Assembly: GCA_048886685.1 (NCBI GenBank)
Contig: JBHLKM010000040.1
Coordinates: 1-10,935 of the forward strand
Direction of reading: 5' to 3'
DNA length: 10,935 nucleotides
DNA from: Candidatus Hodarchaeota archaeon
Lineage (GTDB): Archaea > Asgardarchaeota > Lokiarchaeia > Sigyniarchaeales > SOKP01
Below the pieces are notes generated by a model that searched no databases, had not been told where the DNA came from, and saw nothing but the letters and a program-made list of their open reading frames with translations. Numbering within the stretch: the first letter of the stretch is position 1; each line of letters opens with the position of its first letter. Positions 1 through 7,582 of the stretch are shown piece by piece. The position numbers were made by a program, and so were the translations under genes.

Positions 1-1298
1 CAAATGATCTGAGCTGCGTTAATCATACCTTTATGTCCTATACTCATTCCTGAGGTCGCTACATTTTGCCATGAGTGCCCTGGAGAACCTATAATTTGGC
101 ATGCTGTCCCAAATTCTCCTAGAGGAATATACCAAGATACATCTCCGACGTCGGTAGAACCTGCCATTACTGTCCCTTTTCCTAATGGTGGTGCTACGAC
201 AGGAAATAGCGATCCTTGAAGGATTTTTATTGTTTGATCCCACATTTCAGGAGGTACAATTTTTTTAATGCCTGTAAAATCAGGTGGTGGCACAGTCTTT
301 TTAAGTTCCTTAGCAAATATTTGTTCCTCTTTATTAAAAATCGGTGGGCCAAGTTCTCTCATCTTTTCATAAATTACATTATTCACTACATCATTACGGA
401 CAGGATTATAGGTTCCACTTAGAAACTCAATCTCTAATCGTGTTTCGGTCATTAGTACAGCCCCCTCTGCAACTTTTTTTAATCGGTCATATAGTTCATC
501 AACCTGATATCGCTCAGGAGCTCGTACGAAGTAATGTACTTCAGCTTCAGCTGGAACTACATTAGGCGCAAGTCCTCCATTTGTGATTATATAATGAAGT
601 CGAGCATCAGGTATCATATGTTCACGCATATAATTTGCTCCAACATTCATAAGTTCCACAGCGTCGAGTGCGCTTCGTCCATTATATGGATCTCCTGCAG
701 CATGGGCGGTTTTCCCATAAAACCTAAAAAATACAGAATTCATGGCATTATTTGATTGGAGTGCAACCCCATTAAAAACCCCTGGATGCCATGTTATTGA
801 GATATCAATATTCTCAAAAGCTTGCCCGGGATTAATCATATATCCTTTTGCATTAAATACTTCTTCAGCGGGGCAACCATAATATTTTATTGTTCCCTTT
901 ACTTCACCAGCATCAAGCGCTTCCTTTACTGCCAAAACAGCTCCTATGCCTGCAGTGCCTAAAAGGTTATGCCCACATCCGTGACCTGGAGCACCTTCTT
1001 TTAATGGCTTTCTTATGAAATCCGTAGTTTGACTTAAGCCGGGTAAGGCATCATATTCACCTAATATTGCAATTATTGGTTCACCATTGCCATAAGAAGC
1101 TACAAATGACGTAGGTATTTCTGCGATACCTTCCTTAACATTAAAACCGTTTTCCTTCAGAATTTTAATTAATAATTCTGCAGATTTATATTCTTGGAAC
1201 CCTAATTCAGCGAATCCCCATATTTTATCACTGATTTCTGTGAACGTGTGCTGATTCCTTTTTATCCATCTTGAATATTCATTAAATTTTCTTACCAG
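1..1298 (-). CDS. M20D family amidohydrolase, p-aminobenzoyl-glutamate hydrolase subunit B (AbgB)-like; 3' end outside window; probable CTG start
   Basis: Manual minus-strand translation is open from 1298 to the window edge: ISDKIWGFAELGFQEYKSA...ILGEYDALPGL...GHGCGHNLLG...YGCPAEE...TWHP...GKTAHAAGDPYNGRSALDAVELMNVGANYMREH...NGGLAPNVVP...GSTDVGDVSW...PGHSWQ. These are M20D/AbgB hallmark motifs. The ORF track misses it because there is no stop in the window. An in-frame TGA at 1307-1305 limits the start; CTG at 1298-1296. Confidence 0.92.
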   Translation of the reverse strand, partial: MVRKFNEYSRWIKRNQHTFTEISDKIWGFAELGFQEYKSAELLIKILKENGFNVKEGIAEIPTSFVASYGNGEPIIAILGEYDALPGLSQTTDFIRKPLKEGAPGHGCGHNLLGTAGIGAVLAVKEALDAGEVKGTIKYYGCPAEEVFNAKGYMINPGQAFENIDISITWHPGVFNGVALQSNNAMNSVFFRFYGKTAHAAGDPYNGRSALDAVELMNVGANYMREHMIPDARLHYIITNGGLAPNVVPAEAEVHYFVRAPERYQVDELYDRLKKVAEGAVLMTETRLEIEFLSGTYNPVRNDVVNNVIYEKMRELGPPIFNKEEQIFAKELKKTVPPPDFTGIKKIVPPEMWDQTIKILQGSLFPVVAPPLGKGTVMAGSTDVGDVSWYIPLGEFGTACQIIGSPGHSWQNVATSGMSIGHKGMINAAQII

Positions 1299-1363
1299 TT
1301 TCCTTCACGTTTTTAATTATTTGTATATTTAAATCATAAATTGAGATTGCATTTAAAAATTAT

Positions 1364-1399
1364 ACAACCATTAATTTTTTTAGGTAAAGGTAATAGATA
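1364..1399. repeat. 36-bp direct repeat, copy 1 (acaaccattaatttttttaggtaaAGgtaatagata)
   Basis: 34/36 identical to 2369-2404 by direct comparison. Confidence 0.9.
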
Positions 1400-1444
1400 A
1401 ATTAGAAAGTGGCAAATTGATGATCTTTTATTCTGTAAATGAAT

Positions 1445-2272
1445 TTATTCGGTTCTATTATCCTCTATCCAGTTTATAGCATAATCAACCATTTCTCGTT
1501 GTGATAATAAATAAGCATCAGCTAAACCTACTTTTTTAGGTTTGTATTGCTTTGATATCTCGAAATTTTTACCAATTTCCTCGAAGTCATCAGGATTATG
1601 GTTCAATTCCTTCCATACTACCCATTTTCTCTTTCCTTTTTCCATTATTGATGAACCTTGGGATTGAAATATTTTCCCATAATAATTACTCCGATATTCT
1701 GCTAGATGAAGCGACGTATTATTCGAATGAGTAACTCCTAGCAATAAGATTTGCCCTTCTAGATCATAGATTTTCGTAAGAGGAGATTGTTCCCCTAGAT
1801 CAAATTCTAATTTATGATTTCTAGTAATCTTTTTAGCATATTTTCCCCAAGCTGCAAATGAAGAAAGAGGATGATTACTACGAATAACTCTTGGAAATCT
1901 ACGAAATGTCTCAGCTATGATGCCCATACCCCTCGTAGGAGATACAATTGGATCAAACGCGGGTGAATCTTGACGAATGATCTCCCACCAATTTTCAGGA
2001 ACAGGTGGATTCTCCCATCTTGATGGTTCAGAGTTCCCCCCTGTAAATGTGGGCATAATCAACGTACCTTTGTTCGTTAAAATTTCCATCATAGCTCGAA
2101 TTACGGAAAGTGGACCCCCAACAGTCCAACCTAACTCGCTTAAGGAGCTATGCATTATGATGATTGCCCCTTGTTCTACTCCAAGAGCTTTAAAATCACG
2201 TTTTAAAGTTTTAACTGTATTCGGTTTGTAAGTTTTTTTAACAACTTCAAATTCTTGTTCAATATTTTTCAT
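1445..2272 (-). CDS. AAC(3)/YokD family (aminoglycoside N3-acetyltransferase-like) protein, ~275 aa
   Basis: Motifs IMHSSLSELGWTVGG, GTLIMPTFT, MGIIAETFR, RSNHPLSSFAAWG, GQILLLGVTHSNNTSLHLAE. Start reassigned from 2428 to ATG 2272 (MKNIEQEF...), which has AGGAG upstream. The extra 52 aa in the ORF track look like translated intergenic DNA and overlap the 36-bp repeat. Confidence 0.9.
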   Translation of the reverse strand: MKNIEQEFEVVKKTYKPNTVKTLKRDFKALGVEQGAIIIMHSSLSELGWTVGGPLSVIRAMMEILTNKGTLIMPTFTGGNSEPSRWENPPVPENWWEIIRQDSPAFDPIVSPTRGMGIIAETFRRFPRVIRSNHPLSSFAAWGKYAKKITRNHKLEFDLGEQSPLTKIYDLEGQILLLGVTHSNNTSLHLAEYRSNYYGKIFQSQGSSIMEKGKRKWVVWKELNHNPDDFEEIGKNFEISKQYKPKKVGLADAYLLSQREMVDYAINWIEDNRTE

Positions 2273-2368
2273 CCTAATTTCTCCTAAATTGATAAATTTG
2301 ATTATAAAGGGAACAAATTCATTAGAATCTATAAGGTTGATCATTATCGGGTAATTGTCAATAACACA

Positions 2369-2404
2369 ACAACCATTAATTTTTTTAGGTAATAGTAATA
2401 GATA
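2369..2404. repeat. 36-bp direct repeat, copy 2 (acaaccattaatttttttaggtaaTAgtaatagata)
   Basis: 34/36 identical to 1364-1399. Confidence 0.9.
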
Positions 2405-2458
2405 GAAATATCTATTAATAACACTCAATACGAAAATTATTGGAAAAGCGAGTTTAAA

Positions 2459-4483
2459 ATGAGTGATGAAAGAAAAAAACTATGGGAACCCTCAAAAAAA
2501 TTGATAAAAAATGCTGAAGTAACACATTTCATTGATCATGTTAATAAAAAATATAAAATCTCCATTAAGGATGCTAAAGCACTGTATCAATGGTCAATTG
2601 ATAAGATTGAGGATTTTTGGGCTGCAATGTGGGATTTTGGAGGTATTATTGCTTCACAGAAGTATGATAAAGTTGTTGAAGATTTAAGCGTTTTTCCGGG
2701 TACCAAGTGGTTTCCTGGAGCAAAACTTAATTTTGCTGAGAATCTCTTAAAATATAAGGATGATCAGTTCGCATTTATATTTCAAGGTGAATCCAAAAAG
2801 ACCGAACTAATTACGTATAAAAATTTAAATATCCAAGTTGCTCGATTAGCAAAATCTCTCCATGAAATAGGGGTGAAAATTGGAGATAGAGTTGTATCAT
2901 ATATCCCAAATTTAATTGAAACGCCTACTGCAATGCTAGCAGCAACAGCCATAGGTGCTGTGTGGGCTTCATGTGGTGCAGAATTACAACCGAGTGCTGT
3001 AATTGACCGTTTTGGGCAAATTGAACCTAAAGTGTTATTCGCTGTAGATGGGTATTACTACAGAGATAAAGTGTTTGAGACTATCCCTAACATTAAAAAA
3101 GTAGTTGAAGCAATCCCTTCAATTGAAAAGGTTATTGTTGCTTCATATATTTCGGAAAGAAAACCAGATATAAGTAGTATTCCTAACGCAGTTCATTGGG
3201 ATGATTTCCTTTCTAAGGAAGAGAATCCTAAACTTGATTTTGAGCAATTACCCTTTGATCATCCCGTTTATATTATGTTTTCAAGTGGTACTACTGGTAA
3301 ACCTAAATGTATGGTTCAGGGAGCAGGTGGAGTTTTAATTAATCATCTAAAAGAATTAATCTTAGCAAGTGACCTTAAACGTTCAGATGTAATCAATTAT
3401 ATTACTGCGCCCTCATGGATGATGGTATAAGTTTTCCTTATTCCAGCCAAAATGTGGAACTGGCTAATCAGTTCCTTAGCTGTGGGCGCTACAATATTTC
3501 TATACGATGGAAATCCGCTGTATCCAGACCCATTAAGAATGTTTGAACTTATTGAAAAATATAAAATTTCGATATTTGGGACAAGTGCATCATATATCCA
3601 CAATCTGATGGGGATTAACGCTAAACCCTCTGAGAAATTTGACTTAAGTACATTAAGAGAAATTTCTCAAACAGCATCAACGCTTTCTCCAGAAGGATTT
3701 GAATATGTCTTTAAAGAGATAAAAAAAGATCTATTTTTCAATTCAATTTCAGGAGGAACAGATATTAATGGATGCTTTGCATGTGCCTTACCAATACAAG
3801 CTGTATATTCTGGTGAAATTCAAGGGAAGTCATTAGGAATGAAAGTTCAAGCATATAATGATGAAGGTGAACCTGTTCTTGACGAACAAGCTGAACTTGT
3901 ATGTGAGGCACCCTCTCCTTCAATGCCCATTTATTTTTGGGGAGATGATGAGAACATGTCGAAATACAAGGCTGCTTATTTTGATCACTTTAAAGATTCA
4001 GGAAAAAATGTATGGAGACATGGTGATTATATTGTAATTCATAGTGATACTGGAGGAATAACATTTTGGGGCAGATCTGATGCAGTACTTAAACCAAGTG
4101 GAGTAAGAATTGGAACTGCTGAAATTTATAATGTAGTGGAACAACTTCAAGAGATCGCTGATTCATTGGTGATTGGTCAAAAGATTAGTGGCGATATCCG
4201 AATTGTGATGTTTGTATTATTAAATGAAGGTTATGAATTAACAGATGAATTGAAAGAAAGAATAAAAAAAACACTTCGAGAAAAAACTTCACCTAGGCAT
4301 GTCCCAAAGCTTATAATAAAAGCACCTCCAGATGGTATTCCTTATACATTTAGTAATAAAAAAGTGGAAATAGCTATTACAAAAATCATTCATGGCATAC
4401 CAGTTGCTAATCGTGGAGCGTTAAGAAATCCTGAATCATTAGATTTCTATGAAAAAATGAGAGATGAACTCAAGAAAACTTAA
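2459..4483 (+). CDS. Acetoacetate-CoA ligase (acetoacetyl-CoA synthetase), join(2459..3421,3452..4483), 664 aa if spliced
   Basis: Both ORF-track pieces are in the same frame. Motifs: WFPGAKLNFAENLL, YIMFSSGTTGKPKCMVQGAGG (AMP-binding loop), SWMM/WNWL, SISGGTD, WRHGD, GRSD..LKPSGVRIGTAEIY, SPRHVP, PYTFSNKKVE. Removing 30 nt gives the family-typical WMMWNWL and a normal length. I saw no other lesions. Confidence 0.92.
3422..3451 (+). other. Candidate 30-nt bulge-helix-bulge (tRNA-type, EndA-spliced) intron in protein-coding gene
   Basis: Insert atggtataagttttccttattccagccaaa carries an in-frame TAA (3428-3430). Inner stem 3423-3431/3437-3445 (8 of 9 pairs). 5' bulge UGA 3420-3422. Central helix 3416-3419/3446-3449 (3 WC pairs + A.G). 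3' bulge AAA 3450-3452. Outer stem 3411-3415/3453-3457 (4 of 5 pairs). Cutting after the 2nd nt of each bulge removes exactly 3422-3451. Confidence 0.75.
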
Positions 4484-4494
4484 TTTAAAAATTA

Positions 4495-4510
4495 TTTTTT
4501 TACTTTTTTT
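4495..4510 (+). terminator. Oligo-T putative archaeal intrinsic terminator after the CoA ligase gene
   Basis: Two T7 runs (tttttttacttttttt) start 12 nt after the stop codon at 4483. Confidence 0.45.
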
Positions 4511-4647
4511 ATTAGGTTTAGAATAACATATAGATAATCTTCATAATTTATTCAAAATATACTCTTTTTCTAGGTAAACTATCTCTATAATTAGCAAGCA
4601 TTTCATGCATCAAATCCATTCCTAAATAGATATTATATCCTATATTT

Positions 4648-5466
4648 TTATTGTGATAATACTTGTTTTTGATTCATTAATTCCTTCACTTTTATATAAG
4701 GATGATTGTATCTATCCCTACCCAAAGTATATTCACCCCATTGAATAGCTTTTTGGGGACAGTAATGGAGACACCCTGTGCACATTTGACATTTATGCTG
4801 CCACTCTGGTTTTTCATTTATGATTTTTATATTATCGACGGGGCAAATTTTTTGACAGATTCCACAACCATTACAATTTTCGTCTGAATAATATTTTTCA
4901 TCCATGGTATTCACTTCTTTCATAAAAGAGAAATATGAGCCCTTCATTGGGTAGAAAGATCCCTTCCTTGCTGTATCTTTCTGATTATTACGGATTATTT
5001 CAGCAATTTTTTCTAACTTTAATAAGGCTTTCTTTATTCTATTTTCTCCCTTTTGTTTTGAAGGAAGGGGATTGATTCTTTTTGATCCCCATATGTTATT
5101 CGAAAAAATTCTTAAGTTGTATGCCACATCAAGTTCTTTGCTTTTTGGTTTTAATAACTCATTTATCAACGGTGCTACATACTGCCTGGAAAAACCGCCC
5201 ATAGTAGCTACAGCAAATATATATTTTGTATTACTTAAATCAATCTTTTCAATAAAATCATAGACAATTTTAGGTAGAGCCCAAGAATACACTGGAAAAA
5301 CAAAACCAACTTTTTCTGATGTGGTGATTATAGAATCTTGATTAATAAGGCTCGCAATCGGTATAAGTTCACATTCTCTAAGCATTTCTTTAAGTTTTTT
5401 GGCCATATGGAGTGAGTTTCCAGTGCCTGAAAAATAATATATTGTTGTTTTGTTATTTTGTGTAAT
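4648..5466 (-). CDS. EFR1-family flavodoxin-like/2x[4Fe-4S] ferredoxin protein, ~272 aa; probable ATT start
   Basis: C-terminal CNGCGICQKICP and CQMCTGCLHYCP, RYNHP, GFVFPVY. The flavodoxin N-terminal motif TTIYYFSGTGNSL lies in frame upstream of ATG 5406. The frame is closed by TAA at 5472-5470, and ATT at 5466 follows GTGA-N6. Confidence 0.88.
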   Translation of the reverse strand: MTQNNKTTIYYFSGTGNSLHMAKKLKEMLRECELIPIASLINQDSIITTSEKVGFVFPVYSWALPKIVYDFIEKIDLSNTKYIFAVATMGGFSRQYVAPLINELLKPKSKELDVAYNLRIFSNNIWGSKRINPLPSKQKGENRIKKALLKLEKIAEIIRNNQKDTARKGSFYPMKGSYFSFMKEVNTMDEKYYSDENCNGCGICQKICPVDNIKIINEKPEWQHKCQMCTGCLHYCPQKAIQWGEYTLGRDRYNHPYIKVKELMNQKQVLSQ

Positions 5467-5624
5467 TTTTTATCACTTTGCTTTTTTTTAGGTTATAATA
5501 ATACTTATTTTATATTTCTTATCAACTAAAAAGAATTACAGATCATGGTATTTATAGGGTGATTGTGAATCCGGATTGTTATGTTTGTTTTGTCAAGGAT
5601 TGTGAAGAATAAATTAACATTAAT

Positions 5625-5638
5625 CGTAAGCTTATATT
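5625..5638 (+). promoter_or_regulatory. Putative archaeal BRE-TATA promoter for the serine hydrolase
   Basis: cgtaag-cttatatt, ending ~35 nt upstream of ATG 5674. Confidence 0.5.
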
Positions 5639-5673
5639 AATTATTTTAAAAATTAAATAAGTTAAATTTATTC

Positions 5674-6789
5674 ATGGTATTGAAAATGATTTCTATTGAA
5701 ACAAAACTTCAAGATTATGTAAAGGAAATAGTCGAAAAGAACAAACACATCTATAATGTACTACTAGCTATTTCAACAGGAAATGGAGAATTCTCCTGGT
5801 CAGGTGCTGCGGGCATTGCAAATAAGGCAAAAGAAATTTCAATGACTCCTGAAACACCATTCTTTATAGCAAGCATTACTAAATTGTTCACTGCAACAAT
5901 TATTATGAAACTATATGAAGAAAAAAAGATAGATTTAGATGATACTATCGTTGATCGATTACCAGACACTCTTGTGAAAAGAATTCATATCTATAATGGT
6001 GTTGATTACACGGATTCAATCACTATAAGGCATTTGTTAAGTCATACATCTGGTATTGCTGACTATTATCTTGAAAAGCCTAAAGGAGGGAAAAGTTTCT
6101 TTGATCTAATTTTAGAGAATCCAGATGAGACCTATACAGTAGATCAGACAATCGCTTTTGCACGCGACACACTAAAAGCTAACTTTGAACCTGGTAAAAA
6201 AGCAAAATATTCTGACACTAACTTTCAACTTTTAGGAAAAATAATAGAATCAATAGTAGGTAAGGAATTACATCACGTATATCACGAGTACTTGTTTTCT
6301 CCTTTAGGCTTGAATAATACGTGGTTTTACAAAAGATCAGAACCAATAGATAAGAAAAGAATGCCTGTAGCTGAATTTTATTATAAAGATAAAATAATTT
6401 CAGATTATAAACCATTAGAATCTTCTTGGGCTGATGGAGGGTTAATCTCAACTACAAAGGATTGCTTAACTTTTCTTAAGGCATTGTTTACCGGAAAAAT
6501 TATCAATAAAGACAGTACACTCCCTTTAATGCATCAATGGAGGAGGATAGGCTTTCCATTAAAATATGGCTTCGGTACAATGAATATTGAATTACCCGCA
6601 TATATGACCATGGGTAGAAAACTTCCGCGATTAATTGGTCATCTCGGTTCTACAGGATCATTTCTTTTATATGCCAAAGATTTTGACATGTATTTTGCTG
6701 GAACAATTAATCAAGCAAGTTCTCCTTCAAAACCTGTTAAATTAGTGGTTAAGCTATTAAATACGATAAAAAAAGATCTTTTTAATTGA
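5674..6789 (+). CDS. Serine hydrolase, beta-lactamase class C / D-Ala-D-Ala carboxypeptidase-like family
   Basis: FFIASITKLF (SxxK), ITIRHLLSHTSGI, FEPGKKAKYSDTNFQLLG (YxN-equivalent region), ADGGLIST, IGHLG. No signal peptide evident. Start may be ATG 5686. Confidence 0.9.
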   Translation: MVLKMISIETKLQDYVKEIVEKNKHIYNVLLAISTGNGEFSWSGAAGIANKAKEISMTPETPFFIASITKLFTATIIMKLYEEKKIDLDDTIVDRLPDTLVKRIHIYNGVDYTDSITIRHLLSHTSGIADYYLEKPKGGKSFFDLILENPDETYTVDQTIAFARDTLKANFEPGKKAKYSDTNFQLLGKIIESIVGKELHHVYHEYLFSPLGLNNTWFYKRSEPIDKKRMPVAEFYYKDKIISDYKPLESSWADGGLISTTKDCLTFLKALFTGKIINKDSTLPLMHQWRRIGFPLKYGFGTMNIELPAYMTMGRKLPRLIGHLGSTGSFLLYAKDFDMYFAGTINQASSPSKPVKLVVKLLNTIKKDLFN

Positions 6790-6886
6790 ACATACACCAA
6801 GCCTACAGAAAAAACCAGTTCAAATTGTAATATACCTAAAAAAACTGTTTAAATCTTTAAATCTTCTAGAATTAACTATGGGATGA

Positions 6887-7534
6887 TTAACCAAAAAACA
6901 GTAGCCATCCTCCCAAAATTAGTTCAAAAAGAAGAATTAACCCACCACCGATGTTCCACATGACTTTAAAGTCATGTTTTATAAGTAATATCCCGTTACC
7001 AAAGCCATAGAGAATGCCGGCAACAATTCCAAACCATCCGATAAATAATGGTACAACTCCATGTATAACAAACAGGATTGAATATGCGAATGTACCTATA
7101 GAGAAAAATAGTTGTGCAATTACAAATCTAAACTCTTTTGTTATAAGAATGCTACTACCTGAATCAGTTAATATTTCTTTTTTAGTAGTACTAGTATTTG
7201 AGTATTTTATTGCTATATCGAGAAGTCCCCAATAATTTTTTTTATCATAAATTTGGATTAATGCTTCTACTATTCGAGAGACACACCAGATGATTCCAAG
7301 TATCATGTTATATGAACCAAAAGTAATGAACAACGTTATAGCAAGAGAAATGATCCCAAGGTGCTCTAAGAGGATTAACACGAAACCTATTTTAAATTTT
7401 GTTGGATTCTTGTTAATCCATTGCAGTTGAGCTTCTGAGTCCACATCACCAAATGTTTTATATCCAAATTTATTACTTGTAATGTTTGTTACGATAATAA
7501 ACAGAAAGAAAAAGCCAGATATCCTTTCAATAAT
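6887..7534 (-). CDS. DUF4386-like multi-pass membrane protein, ~215 aa; probable ATT start
   Basis: Hydrophobic helices with SRIVEALI, FFSIG, VPLFIGWFGIVAG and LFELILGGWLL, typical of DUF4386. The frame extends 30 codons upstream of GTG 7444 to give a first TM helix (IIERISGFFFLFIIVTN). It is closed by TAA 7540-7538, with GGTGA 6 nt before ATT 7534. Confidence 0.75.
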   Translation of the reverse strand: MIERISGFFFLFIIVTNITSNKFGYKTFGDVDSEAQLQWINKNPTKFKIGFVLILLEHLGIISLAITLFITFGSYNMILGIIWCVSRIVEALIQIYDKKNYWGLLDIAIKYSNTSTTKKEILTDSGSSILITKEFRFVIAQLFFSIGTFAYSILFVIHGVVPLFIGWFGIVAGILYGFGNGILLIKHDFKVMWNIGGGLILLFELILGGWLLFFG

Positions 7535-7582
7535 TTTTTATCACCATTTATTCAAATTGTTTTTTCTTTATTATTGTAACGA

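Noticed and set aside
31-755. Short ORFs 31-243, 216-422, 344-565, 534-755
   Set aside because: Shadow or alternate-frame ORFs overlapping the amidohydrolase CDS.
1364-2404. 36-bp repeats as a CRISPR array
   Set aside because: Only two copies, 1 kb apart, enclosing a whole gene, and no cas genes in the window.
2273-2428. 52-aa N-terminal extension of the AAC(3) ORF in the ORF track
   Set aside because: No family-like sequence, overlaps the intergenic repeat, and a better RBS precedes ATG 2272.
3428-3430. Stop-codon readthrough or recoding to join the two ligase ORFs
   Set aside because: TAA is not a Sec/Pyl codon and is used as a normal stop elsewhere in the window. Readthrough would leave a 10-aa insertion in a conserved core motif.
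3425-3446. Spliceosomal-looking GT...polypyrimidine...CAG segment (gtataagttttccttattccag) within the insert
   Set aside because: Removing these 22 nt shifts the frame and does not restore WMMWNW. The window is otherwise prokaryotic in organisation, and the BHB register fits exactly.
3422-3454. Insert as a transposon footprint/MITE with ATG target-site duplication
   Set aside because: No terminal inverted repeats at the insert ends and no transposase in the window. Its pairing extends into exon sequence in BHB geometry. Not fully excluded as the origin of the insert.
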